Assembly (NCBI GenBank): GCA_963729045.1
Contig: CAVSMN010000007.1
Span: 1-64,000 of the forward strand
Direction: 5' to 3'
Source: an uncultured Nitrososphaeraceae archaeon
GTDB taxonomy: Archaea; Thermoproteota; Nitrososphaeria; Nitrososphaerales; Nitrososphaeraceae
DNA length: 64,000 nucleotides
Part shown: positions 41,134 to 51,888 of the stretch, piece by piece
Layout of the letters: every line of letters begins with the position of its first letter
Numbering within the stretch: position 1 is the stretch's first letter
Position numbers and translations under genes: made by a program
The notes under the pieces: model-generated
Databases searched by the model: none
What the model was told of the DNA's origin: nothing
What the model saw: only the letters and a program-made list of their open reading frames with translations

Positions 41134-42852
41134 CTAAAGTCCATTACTCACGAGTTTAATCATTTTTTTTCTTAAATATCTGTTATATGTTAGGCCAAAT
41201 CTATGTGATTCGTCTCTTATATGTTGTAAAATCCTTAATGATTTCTTGTTTCTTGGGATTAGGATTGGTGCGGTAGATGACGGTGTATACACCTCTTCGT
41301 TCTCTTTAGCTAAGGAAACGCAGTCGATCTCTTCTATTCCTATCTTTTTCAATGTTGCGATTGCCGTGTTTAAATGACCTTTCCCACCATCAATTACAAT
41401 CAAATCAGGGAATCTATCAGTTCGTTTGTCTTCTGAAACAGTCTCGCCGAAATTATCAGGCGAATATCTTCTTCTTATAATCTCTTCCATCATCAAAAAG
41501 TCATTTTGGTATGATACCTTTTTTATCTTGAATTTCCTATACCCTTTCTTTTCTGGGATACCGTTCATGAATCGGGTACAAGCTCCTACAGCAAAATCAT
41601 TTCCAAAATTTGAAATATCAAAACAATCTATAATGTATGGCAATTTTTTCAATCTTAGTAATACCTGTAGTTCATCAAGAGCAGGTTCATGATTCTTTTC
41701 AATATATGTCTTTAGATTGTTCAGTATCAATTGCATAATATTATACTTGTTCATTTCATTGGACTCATATTGATGTTTCTTTAAAAAAGAATCGGAATCC
41801 ATAGGAATTATTTTAACTTCCATCCCGGTCATCTTGTATAGGACTTTTTGTAAATTTGTTTCTTCTCCAATGCTTTTGTTCAGATAAATGACATTTGGTA
41901 CTTTTGCACTAGAATGATAGTATTGGCAAATGAAATTGTCAATGGAATTATCCCCTAACAATTCAAACTGGTATTTTTTCATATCATTGATAACCCCGTT
42001 CTTGCTCATTAGTGTCATTACATGCATATTTTTTTGATTCTCATCATTCAGAAATCCAATGTATTCCTCAGATTTGTAACCATCTATAGAATTATTTTCC
42101 ATTTTTTGATGGTGTAATAAATTTTGAAGTCTGGTTAGAGTATCTCTGATGAAAATAGCTCTTTCATAATCTCGGTTATCAGAAGCAATCTTCATTTCTG
42201 CCTCAAGTTTTTCATAAAAATACCCTAGGGTTTCATTGTCATCTAATATTTTTTTTAACGATACTATATTTTCTTTGTATTGCTCTTCGTTAATCTTATT
42301 AATACATGGCGCATCACAGTTTCCGATATGATATTCTAAACATTCTTTTTTAGGAAGTTTGGTACAGATTCTGATCTTAAACATCTTTCTTAATAGACCG
42401 ACAGACAAGTATCTTGAACTGCCTTTCACAAATGGACCTACTACCTCTCCTTTTGTACCCGTAAATTGTCCGTTTCGGTTTCTCCTTGTTACTAGTAACC
42501 TTGGATATGTTTCATCTGTAATTTTTAGATATGTGTATCTTTGCTGATCTTTAAGTTCAATATTAAAAATTGGTCTGTGTTTTTTGATTAAATTTGATTC
42601 TAGGAGGTAGGCTTCAATTTCGTTGTCTGTGATAATGTAATCTATGCTTTTGATTTTGGTTACAAGGACTCTTGTTTTCCAATTACCATCCTGCATATTC
42701 TGAATGTTTTTGGAAAAATAACTTTTGATTCTTTTGTCGAGATCCTTTGCTTTTCCAATATAAATAATGTTTTCCTTATCATCCTTCATGATGTATACGC
42801 CGGGATTATGCGGGTAAGGATATTTGATATAGTTGATCTCTTTTGTTTTCAA
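41134..42852 (-). CDS. uvrC: Excinuclease ABC subunit C
   Basis: GIY-YIG (PGVYIM...IYIGKAK), CFDISN, PDLIVIDGGKGH and RDESHRF motifs. Confidence 0.95.
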   Translation of the reverse strand: MKTKEINYIKYPYPHNPGVYIMKDDKENIIYIGKAKDLDKRIKSYFSKNIQNMQDGNWKTRVLVTKIKSIDYIITDNEIEAYLLESNLIKKHRPIFNIELKDQQRYTYLKITDETYPRLLVTRRNRNGQFTGTKGEVVGPFVKGSSRYLSVGLLRKMFKIRICTKLPKKECLEYHIGNCDAPCINKINEEQYKENIVSLKKILDDNETLGYFYEKLEAEMKIASDNRDYERAIFIRDTLTRLQNLLHHQKMENNSIDGYKSEEYIGFLNDENQKNMHVMTLMSKNGVINDMKKYQFELLGDNSIDNFICQYYHSSAKVPNVIYLNKSIGEETNLQKVLYKMTGMEVKIIPMDSDSFLKKHQYESNEMNKYNIMQLILNNLKTYIEKNHEPALDELQVLLRLKKLPYIIDCFDISNFGNDFAVGACTRFMNGIPEKKGYRKFKIKKVSYQNDFLMMEEIIRRRYSPDNFGETVSEDKRTDRFPDLIVIDGGKGHLNTAIATLKKIGIEEIDCVSLAKENEEVYTPSSTAPILIPRNKKSLRILQHIRDESHRFGLTYNRYLRKKMIKLVSNGL

Positions 42853-42934
42853 TTTAATTCTTTTTACCTTTGAAAAATAACCATCATTTATTTAAAGGGA
42901 ATGATGATTCTTTCCTCCCAAACCACATATCCAT

Positions 42935-45826
42935 TTACCTGTTTTTCTTTACGACCAATTCTTTCTCTTTTAATGTTCTTATTTTTTTCTTTAGATACTG
43001 TCCGGTGAAACTTGAATTGTTCTCTGATATCTCTTCTGGAGTCCCAGTGGCTACGATTTGTCCTCCTTTATTTCCACCCTCAGGACCTAAATCAATAATC
43101 CAGTCGGCAGAGGCGATGATATCAAGGTTATGCTCAATTACAATGATTGTATTTCCTAGTTCTCTTAATCTAAATAATATTTTTAATAATTTCTTTACAT
43201 CTGCAAAATGCAGTCCTGTTGTTGGCTCATCTAAAATGTACATCGTATTACCTGAATCCCTTTTTGATAGTTCGGTTGCTAATTTTATCCTTTGTGCCTC
43301 CCCTCCTGATAGTGTGGTAGCAGGTTGACCTAGATGTAAATACCCAAGACCTACTTCATCTAACAACTTTAGCTTGTTTCGAATTGGGGTATTGTTTTTA
43401 AAGAACTCTAGTGCTTCCTCCACAGTCATATTTAGAACATCCGAAATACTTTTTCCTTTATATTTGACTGTCAGAGTTTCGCTATTATATCGGGATCCTT
43501 TACATTGGTCACAGGTAATATATACATCAGGCAAGAATTGCATTTCTATTTTTCTGACACCGGCACCGTCACACATATCGCATCTGCCGCCAGGCACATT
43601 AAATGAAAATCTTCCCATCTTATAGCCTCGTTCCTTTGATAATTGTGTCTTTGAAAATAAATCTCTAATGAAGGTAAAGGCATTTACGTAGGTAACAGCA
43701 TTAGATCGTGGCGTTCGTCCAATTGGAGATTGATCTATCCCTATAACTTTGTCAATGTTCTCTATCCCGACAATCTTATGATGTTTTCCGACCCTTTCTT
43801 TAGATTTATAAAAATGATTAGTCAAATGGTTAAATAATATATCGTTTACGAGTGTAGATTTTCCAGACCCAGAAACACCTGTGACTACTGTAATTACACC
43901 TAATGGAAAAATGGGATTAATATCTTTAAGGTTGTTCTCATTTGCACCAAAAACTTTGATAAATCTGTCTCCAATATGTTTGCGTTGATGATTTTCGTTT
44001 ACAACGGTTCTTCCAATTAAATAATCTGCAGTCAGGGAATCCTTATTTTCCAATATATCGTGTAGTTCTCCTTGTGCAACTATTTGCCCTCCGTGTATTC
44101 CCGCTTTTGGGCCAATATCTATAATCCAGTCAGCACTTTTAATTACTTCCTCGTCATGTTCTACAACAATAACGGTATTTCCGATCTCTCTCAATTTGAA
44201 GAGAGTGTTTATCAGTAGGTTATTGTCTCTCTGATGTAGTCCAATAGTTGGTTCATCCAAAACATATAGGACACCGGTAAGATTAGTTCCAATCTGGGTA
44301 GCTAATCTGATTCTTTGCGATTCTCCACCTGAAAGAGTACCTGCATTCCTATTCAGGTTCAAATAATTCAAACCCACATTTGATAGAAACTTTAGTCTGC
44401 TATTAATCTCTTTTAATATTTGTTTTGAGATTATTAGATCACTACTATTGAGAGTAATGTTACTAAAGAAATCTATAGTCTTTTCTACAGGAAGGTTACA
44501 AATGTCCATTATGGATTTTCCATCTATCCTTACAGAGAGTACCTCTTTTCTTAATCTTTGACCGCTACATTGTTCACATGGTTTTTCAATCATAAATTTT
44601 CTAATTTCTTCGCGCTTTGATTCTGAATCAGTCTCATTGAATATTCTTTGTAGATTGGAAACTACGCCCTCGAACTTACCTGAGTATTCCCATGAACTAT
44701 CACTCGATCTTGAGGTATAATTATATTTTATCTTTGAATTTGTTCCATTTAGTATGACGTTAATCTGCTCTCCGCTCATTCTATCGATTGGGGTGTTTAG
44801 ATTAAAGCCAAATCTTTTACCCACATCCTTTAACATAGATGTTCTAAAACTTGCAAAATGACCTGCTGACCATGGCTTAATCGCACCATCTAAAATAGTT
44901 TTGGTCTTGTCAGGTATTATCAAGTCAACATCAAACTCTGTTTCGACGCCTAATCCGTGGCAACTTGGGCATGCTCCAAATGGGGAATTGAAAGAGAAAA
45001 ATCTAGGTTCCATTTCCCCAATACTTATGTTACAGATAGGGCATGAATTTTTTTGGGAAAATAAATATTCCTTGCCCTCAATTAAAACCATGACGATGCC
45101 ACCGCCTTTATCAATTGCATTTTGTACTGCCTCAAAAACTCTGTCTTTTTCTTCCAATATTTTGTTATTTGATATTCTGTCGATAACAATCTCAATTGAA
45201 TGTCTTAAATGTTTCTCCTTTGCTGAAATGATATCAAGTCGTTTACTATCTGAAATATCTATTATTTCCTTATCAACTCTGATCCGAGAATAACCTTGTT
45301 CCTTTAGAGATTCCATGATCTTCTCATATGTCCCTTTTTTTTCTCTAATAACAGGAGCTAAAATTAATAACATTCCTTCGTCTATTTTACTTTTACTTAG
45401 ATCAAGAATTGACCTAACTATTGACTCTAAGGATTGGTAGGATATTTCTGTTCCGCATTTAGGACAATATGGAATACCAATTTTTGAAAACAACAATCTA
45501 AGGTAATCATAGATTTCAGTAATTGTTCCTACAGTCGAGCGAGGATTCTTGTTGGTCGTTTTCTGTTGGATGGCTATTGCTGGTGAAAGCCCATCTATTA
45601 CATCTACATCAGGTTTATCCATGATTTGCAAGAACTGTCTTGCATATGCCGAAAGCGATTCTACATATCTCCTCTGTCCCTCAGCAAAAATGGTATCAAA
45701 TGCTAGAGTGGATTTCCCAGAACCGGATAAACCTGTAATTACAACTAATTTATTCTTTGGAATTTCTAAGTTGAGATTTTTTAGATTGTGTTGTTTTGCT
45801 CCTTTAATTATTATTTTATTTTCCAT
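42935..45826 (-). CDS. uvrA: Excinuclease ABC subunit A
   Basis: Two ABC ATPase domains (GLSGSGKS, GVSGSGKS, LSGGE), zinc fingers and EGQRRYVESLS. Confidence 0.98.
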   Translation of the reverse strand: MENKIIIKGAKQHNLKNLNLEIPKNKLVVITGLSGSGKSTLAFDTIFAEGQRRYVESLSAYARQFLQIMDKPDVDVIDGLSPAIAIQQKTTNKNPRSTVGTITEIYDYLRLLFSKIGIPYCPKCGTEISYQSLESIVRSILDLSKSKIDEGMLLILAPVIREKKGTYEKIMESLKEQGYSRIRVDKEIIDISDSKRLDIISAKEKHLRHSIEIVIDRISNNKILEEKDRVFEAVQNAIDKGGGIVMVLIEGKEYLFSQKNSCPICNISIGEMEPRFFSFNSPFGACPSCHGLGVETEFDVDLIIPDKTKTILDGAIKPWSAGHFASFRTSMLKDVGKRFGFNLNTPIDRMSGEQINVILNGTNSKIKYNYTSRSSDSSWEYSGKFEGVVSNLQRIFNETDSESKREEIRKFMIEKPCEQCSGQRLRKEVLSVRIDGKSIMDICNLPVEKTIDFFSNITLNSSDLIISKQILKEINSRLKFLSNVGLNYLNLNRNAGTLSGGESQRIRLATQIGTNLTGVLYVLDEPTIGLHQRDNNLLINTLFKLREIGNTVIVVEHDEEVIKSADWIIDIGPKAGIHGGQIVAQGELHDILENKDSLTADYLIGRTVVNENHQRKHIGDRFIKVFGANENNLKDINPIFPLGVITVVTGVSGSGKSTLVNDILFNHLTNHFYKSKERVGKHHKIVGIENIDKVIGIDQSPIGRTPRSNAVTYVNAFTFIRDLFSKTQLSKERGYKMGRFSFNVPGGRCDMCDGAGVRKIEMQFLPDVYITCDQCKGSRYNSETLTVKYKGKSISDVLNMTVEEALEFFKNNTPIRNKLKLLDEVGLGYLHLGQPATTLSGGEAQRIKLATELSKRDSGNTMYILDEPTTGLHFADVKKLLKILFRLRELGNTIIVIEHNLDIIASADWIIDLGPEGGNKGGQIVATGTPEEISENNSSFTGQYLKKKIRTLKEKELVVKKNR

Positions 45827-45832
45827 TTTACA

Positions 45833-47791
45833 TTAACTAGATGTCAGTTTTAGCAGAATTTCATTTACCTTTTTGAGATTTTGTCTGTGTTCAATTGCTT
45901 TTTCAAACTCCAATTCCTCTGCAAATTTGTTCATCTGAGTCTCTATTTTGGTTGATAACTCTATTAAATCATTTCTCGTCATTGTTTTCAAATTAACTTC
46001 CAAGTTTGAGATATTTGAATTCTTTTGAGGTATCGGTTTTAAGATACTTTTAGGTTCGATCTTATTTTCTAAGTTAAATTCGATTTGCTTTTTTCGCCTT
46101 CTATTAGTTTCTATTACTGCTTCCCTTATGGATTTGGTCACCGAACCTGAATACAAAATTACCTTGCCATCAATATTCCTAGCAGCCCTTCCGAATGTTT
46201 GAATAAGACTAGTATAATTTCTTAAGAACCCTTCCTTGTCAGCGTCCAAAATAGCCACAAGCGAAACTTCAGGCAAGTCTAACCCTTCCCTCAATAGATT
46301 TATACCAACCAATACATCAAACTCTCCTATCCTAAGCTGCCTCAGTAATTCAGTTCGTTCCAGCCCATTAATTTCTGAATGGATATATCTTACCTTTATC
46401 CCGTTTCTAGACAGATAGTCTGCCATGTCTTCGGCCATCTTCTTTGTCAATGTCGTTACTAATGTTCTCTGCTTCTTAGAAACTCTTTCTCGAATCTGGT
46501 GGATTAGATCTGGAATCTGACCTTCGGTCTTTTTTATTTCTATTTGTGGATCGACTAGTCCTGTGGGTCTTACTAATTGCTCAATAAGATTATCATGGTT
46601 ATTAATTTCATACTTTCCGGGTGTTGCGGATACAAATATTACATTGTTGAGATATTTTTCAAACTCTTCAAACTTTAGAGGTCGGTTATCAAATGCACTG
46701 GGTAATCGGAATCCATAATCTATCAATGTTTTTTTCCTTGAATAATCTCCTTTGTACATTCCCATAATCTGGGGTAAAGTTACGTGCGATTCATCTATGA
46801 CTAACAGAAAATCTTTATCAAAAAAATCTAAAAGACAATAAGCCGGTTGACCTCTCTTTCTGCCATCAAAATGTCTCGAATAATTCTCTATTCCGCTGCA
46901 ATATCCTAATTCCGATAGCATTTCGAGATCATAATTTGTCCTAGACAGTAATCTTTGCCTTTCAAGTTCGGTGGGCAAATTGGGGTACCATTCTTCTAAT
47001 TCTTTCTTTATTGATACCAGCGCCCTTTTCTGACTATTTTCGTCCACGATGTAGTGTTTGGCCGGAAAAATGATTATCGAATCTAGTTCTTTTTTTATCT
47101 CTCTAGTTATTTTATCAATCACCGTAATTTTTTCAATATTTTGTCCGAAAAGATTAATCCTTATTATATCCTCAGAATATCCTGGAATTATATCTATGAT
47201 ATCTCCTCTGGTACTGAAGGACCCGCTTGTCAAATCTAAGTCATTTCTTTCATATCTTATTTTTATTAGATTCCGAATGATGCTTCTTCTATCCATCTCC
47301 ATTTCCTTCTTAAGCATGAGAGATTGCTCTTTCCATTCATGGGGTGAACCTAATGAATAGATACATGAAACAGTGGCAATGATGATTGTTGGTTCGCCCG
47401 ATAATAACATCGATGTTGATTCAAGACGCATTTGTTCGATTTTTTCATTTATTTCGGTATCCTTTTCTATGTAGGTATCAGTTTGAGGCAAATAACTTTC
47501 TGGTTGGTAATAATCATAAAAGCTCACAAAATAGCCAACATTATTATTTGGAAAAAATTCTTTAAACTCAGCATACAGTTGGGCCGACAATGTTTTGTTG
47601 TGTGATATAACTAAAGTATTTTTATTGTATTTAGCTATTACATTGGCAACTGTATACGTTTTACCACTGCCAGTAACTCCAAGGAGTATCTGTCTTTTTT
47701 TATTTTTTTCTATTCCATCTATTAATCCTTTAATTGCGGTTGGCTGATCTCCACTGGGAACTAGATTGTTTGATAATTGAAAATTGCCCAA
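45833..47791 (-). CDS. uvrB: Excinuclease ABC subunit B
   Basis: LLGVTGSGKT, YDYYQPE, IDESH and GINLLREGLDLPEV motifs. Confidence 0.98.
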   Translation of the reverse strand: MGNFQLSNNLVPSGDQPTAIKGLIDGIEKNKKRQILLGVTGSGKTYTVANVIAKYNKNTLVISHNKTLSAQLYAEFKEFFPNNNVGYFVSFYDYYQPESYLPQTDTYIEKDTEINEKIEQMRLESTSMLLSGEPTIIIATVSCIYSLGSPHEWKEQSLMLKKEMEMDRRSIIRNLIKIRYERNDLDLTSGSFSTRGDIIDIIPGYSEDIIRINLFGQNIEKITVIDKITREIKKELDSIIIFPAKHYIVDENSQKRALVSIKKELEEWYPNLPTELERQRLLSRTNYDLEMLSELGYCSGIENYSRHFDGRKRGQPAYCLLDFFDKDFLLVIDESHVTLPQIMGMYKGDYSRKKTLIDYGFRLPSAFDNRPLKFEEFEKYLNNVIFVSATPGKYEINNHDNLIEQLVRPTGLVDPQIEIKKTEGQIPDLIHQIRERVSKKQRTLVTTLTKKMAEDMADYLSRNGIKVRYIHSEINGLERTELLRQLRIGEFDVLVGINLLREGLDLPEVSLVAILDADKEGFLRNYTSLIQTFGRAARNIDGKVILYSGSVTKSIREAVIETNRRRKKQIEFNLENKIEPKSILKPIPQKNSNISNLEVNLKTMTRNDLIELSTKIETQMNKFAEELEFEKAIEHRQNLKKVNEILLKLTSS

Positions 47792-47908
47792 GACTGACTA
47801 CCTCATATATAACTGATAGACCATGTCACTTTCCAAAAGGAATCTCTTCAACAAGTTTATCTAAATCTATATGTTCTAACGGCTAGATAATATTTTGCAT
47901 TATTTATC

Positions 47909-49236
47909 TTAAGAATATTTTGACAACGCATGAACTGGAGAAATTTTAGATCCCTTGTAGGCCGGATACAGACCAGAAAAAATACTCAAAACAATAACGA
48001 TAATGCCAATTTTCGATATTTCTATGATATTAAATACGGGATAAATATTTAGAGGTAGATTAAGAAAATAAAGGAAGCCACTTAGAAGGACGTGTGAACC
48101 TAAAAACCCAAATACAATTCCTACTATTGCTCCAATGATCCCCAAAAATACAGATTCCGTTAAAAACATTCCAAGTATGACTCGATTTGTTCCACCTAAT
48201 GCCTTGATTATCCCGATTTCCCTGGTTCTTTCCACTACTGAGGTATAAATAGTGATAATTATCCCGATGGACCCTACTATCAGAGAAAATATGGCAATAC
48301 TTGAAATAAATGTGCTAATTCCAATGATGAATTTAGTCAAACTTTTGATAATTTCAAGTGAATTAAGTATAGTTACCTGATTATTAAAGTACTTTTGAAC
48401 ATCTTTTACAATGTTGTCTACTTTGTCAATATTGTCATATGTTAAAAATAACAAATCGTAATCGTCTGATTTTTCCAGAATTTCTTTTCCTTTGTGTACG
48501 TCAATGAAGATAGAGTTGTCTATGATCGGATTTCCAGTGGAATTTATGATTCCTAGGACTGCAAAAGTATGATTGATAGATCCAGATTTGATTTGCCGCT
48601 AGTAAGTTCCTTTAAGTTATTTATTGTTACCTTATTATTATCTATAAATTGGTCTCTGTCTTTGTTTTCTACAGCGTTGTTGATGATTAGACCTGAAGAA
48701 TTCAGGAAAATTTTCTCGCTTATTTTCTGAGGGATGATGACATGATTTTGAGATGTTAAATTTAGACCATCAAATCCTTTGTCTAAATCAGGGATTATGT
48801 TAGTCAAGTTATTAAAGTCTACAGCCAATACATTCGTTACTTGGGAATAATTTTGATAATTTAACATTACTACACCCTGAAAAGCTGGATTTATCAGTTG
48901 AACACCGGGTATGTTCTTCAAGTATTGCATGGCATTATTATCAAAGGGAATATTTTTTCCAACTAAGGTCATATTTTGGTCGAAAAGCACTTGTAGTTTG
49001 TTCCGTATCCCATCTATGCTAGATCCTTGTATTTTATCTGTATTCGATATAACTATTTGGTTAGGAAGAATTTTCTTAAAATTTTGTTCTACAAAGTATA
49101 TTAAACCTTGAGATAGGCTATTAAGAGAAACTAATAATCCACAACCCATTATGATCATTAGGATTGTTAGAGCATTCCTTGTTTTTCTCTCCTTAATGGA
49201 GCTGTACGTTAAGAAAAGAATCTCTTTAAAATCCAT
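47909..49236 (-). CDS. MacB/FtsX-type ABC transporter permease; frameshift near 48580
   Basis: RNALTILMIIMG, SVVERTREIGIIKALG and YPAYKGSKISPV motifs; the segment between the two ORFs is open in the second frame. Confidence 0.87.
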
Positions 49237-49310
49237 GTCGTCTAGTCATGAGGAGTTGAACTCTTGGTTATATAATGTTTTTAAATATGTATTGAATACC
49301 ATCTGTTAAT

Positions 49311-50009
49311 TTGGGTCATACTAACCAAATTCTTTGTATAAAGAATATTTCGATTGAGACCTTGGGCAACATGAAAAGTTATTTGCTATCAGACGGATTC
49401 AAGGTCAAAGAAATCCTTGCCACTACAAAGACAATAAAGTCCCAAAACTTACCAGACTACGACGCAGTTTTTATTCTTGGCGGACCAATGTCTGTTAATG
49501 ATAACCTTGATTATCTCCTTGAAGAAAAAAAATTAATCCATTCTTCTTTCAATCTTGGGATCCCGATTTTTGGAATTTGCCTCGGCTCACAACTGATTGC
49601 TTCAAGCTGCGGAGGGAAAGTCTACAGAGGACCAAAAAAAGAGATCGGGTGGGGCGAAGTACGAATAACAAGTAAAGGCCAATCGAGTATATTTGATAAA
49701 ATACTAGGGAGTAAAATCCGGGTGTTTCACTGGCATGGTGATACGTTTACCTTGCCTAGTGAAGCCGAAATTTTGTCCGAATCGGACTTATATATCCAAG
49801 CATTTAGATTCAGAAATGCTATTGGAATTCAGTTTCATTTGGAGGTAACAAAAAATATGATTCAAAATTGGATTCGCAAGTATCATAAAGAGTTGAAAAA
49901 TGAAAATTTAAGTAGAGATGGATTGGTTAATGATATCGATAGGAACGTGTCAGAGTTAGAAAGTATCTCAAAGATAGTATATAAAAATTTTAAGTCTATG
50001 ATTGAATAA
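49311..50009 (+). CDS. Type 1 glutamine amidotransferase (stand-alone)
   Basis: LGGPMSV, GICLGSQL and QFHLE catalytic motifs. Confidence 0.92.
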   Translation: MGHTNQILCIKNISIETLGNMKSYLLSDGFKVKEILATTKTIKSQNLPDYDAVFILGGPMSVNDNLDYLLEEKKLIHSSFNLGIPIFGICLGSQLIASSCGGKVYRGPKKEIGWGEVRITSKGQSSIFDKILGSKIRVFHWHGDTFTLPSEAEILSESDLYIQAFRFRNAIGIQFHLEVTKNMIQNWIRKYHKELKNENLSRDGLVNDIDRNVSELESISKIVYKNFKSMIE

Positions 50010-50178
50010 TTGCACTTCCAAAGTGTTGTTAGCCCGTGTAGGATTCACTGGAATTTTGTGCATATATAACGTTATATTGATTTTTCTGTCGAATAGACAA
50101 TCTTTTTCCAATAAGCTAGAAATATTGAGTGAATATAAACAATCATTGAATCAAATTCGATATGGTTTGATTCCATAT

Positions 50179-51250
50179 CTATTTTGCTTCATAGATAATA
50201 TTAAACGGTGTCTGAGTAGCACGTCTGAATTTTGTAAATCCTGCCTCGAGAGCCAAATTCCTGATCCTATTCTCACCTGCCTGTGCTCCAAGCGCAATTC
50301 CTTTATCTGCAAGGGAATTGGGGACGCAAATTATAGATGAGGCTGCGTAATATATCCTTCCTACCATGTTCAGGTTATCTTCTATTTTATCATTTGCCAT
50401 GGGTTCTACTATCATACACGATCCGTTCGGTTTTAGAGACTGTTTTGCGAATTTCAATGCTCCTAGGGGGTCTCCCATGTCGTGGAGACAATCAAAAAAA
50501 GTCACCAAGTCGTAGTCGTTACCAATGGATTCGTTAGCAGAAACTTGAGAAAATTTTACATTTTTGTCTACCTTTTCGTTTTTGGCATTCGCAGTTGCAG
50601 CCTCAATAGAGGGTAGGTGGTTGTCAAATCCAAAGAATTGAGAATTGGGATATTCTTGTGCCATAATCGTCGTCGAAATACCATACCCGCAACCTATGTC
50701 TGCAACTTTCCCCCCTTTTTTTAGTATTTGTTCGATTCCTTCAAGAGAAGGGATCCAAGATTGAACTAGGTTGCTCGCATAATTAGGCTTGAAAAATTTT
50801 GCAGTACCCTTCATAAAGGTCGTGATGGTGGTCACCCCATCTCAGTCCTTCTCCAGTTTGAAAAATTTTTACAAATTTATCTTCGTCCTTAAATATGGAT
50901 CTTAAAATTTGGTAACCACCAAGAAGGTATGCTGGACTATTTTCATCTGCCAAGACCATCGCATTCTCTGCTGATAAGCTAAATTTTTTATTTTCAGGAT
51001 CATAGGCTAGATATCCTGCTGCTGCCTGACTTGCAAGCCATTCTCTGATATAACGTTCTGCCGTGTTCGTATTATGGGCTAACTCATCTGACGTCATCGA
51101 TCCAAATTGACTCAGGGCCTTATAAAGGCCAAGTCTGTCTCCTAATATTATCATCATGGACCCTAAACTGCTGCCTAAATCTCCAATTGCCTTAATTACA
51201 AATTCTTCGAGTTTTTTGTTATCAATTGTAGTTGTGCTGTTTGAATTCAT
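50179..51250 (-). CDS. Class I SAM methyltransferase with N-terminal winged-helix domain (Rv2258c-like); frameshift near 50810
   Basis: GDRLGLYKAL...ERYIREWL, VADIGCGYG and FDCLHD motifs. Confidence 0.88.
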
Positions 51251-51653
51251 ATCTATATTCAGTGACTTTGAGATATTAATTTTTACAGGAAAATAAGAAT
51301 CATTCCCTATTCAGAAATAGCCTTTTTTTACTATGTCCTACTGCAGTTCCTGAAATAGAATTATCGTGATGTTATTATGAATACACATCAAATTGATCCG
51401 GGAAAATTGTGTTGTAGATTCAACAAGTATTATTCCTGTCCTGCAAGTTAGATTATTTTCGAATTGTTTTCAAAATATCCCTTAATTCGATCCTTTCATA
51501 AAAGTCCGCTACCACAATTAAATATGGATAGAGCTGCAGGGATGCCGACTATGATAAAAAAAATTAGTTCATTATTAAGTAGTGGTTGCCTTTGGGGATA
51601 TTACAATCATAAAAATAATATTTTTTTAGCAGAAATTGCAAATAGACTTGAGG

Positions 51654-51758
51654 GGCCTTCGGAGGGATTTGAACCCTCCTCAAGCGGTTTCCGTATTCTT
51701 TAAGAAACTAAGTGAATTCCACAGCCGCCTATACTGACCAGGCTATACTACGAAGGCC
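51654..51758 (-). tRNA. tRNA-His(GUG) with 30-nt intron at 37/38 (51689-51718)
   Basis: Cloverleaf: G-1 plus GCCTTCG/CGAAGGC acceptor stem, C73, GGCGG-CTGTGG/A-CCGCT anticodon arm, GAGGG-TTCAAAT-CCCTC T arm; bulge-helix-bulge at the exon junctions. Confidence 0.96.
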
Positions 51759-51888
51759 ACGAATTGAATCAAAATTTTATATTGATTATTAATATATAAT
51801 TGTTTTAACTCTGCATATCTAACAAAAATTTGTTATCTAATCCTGCTGCTGTACAAAACTTATATTTCTATATTCATCCATTAAAGGG

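Noticed and set aside
42870..45836. Plus-strand ORFs inside uvrA
   Set aside because: Antisense shadows of a conserved gene, with no independent motifs.
51464..51703. 79-aa ORF
   Set aside because: Runs antisense into the tRNA-His gene and has no recognisable protein features.
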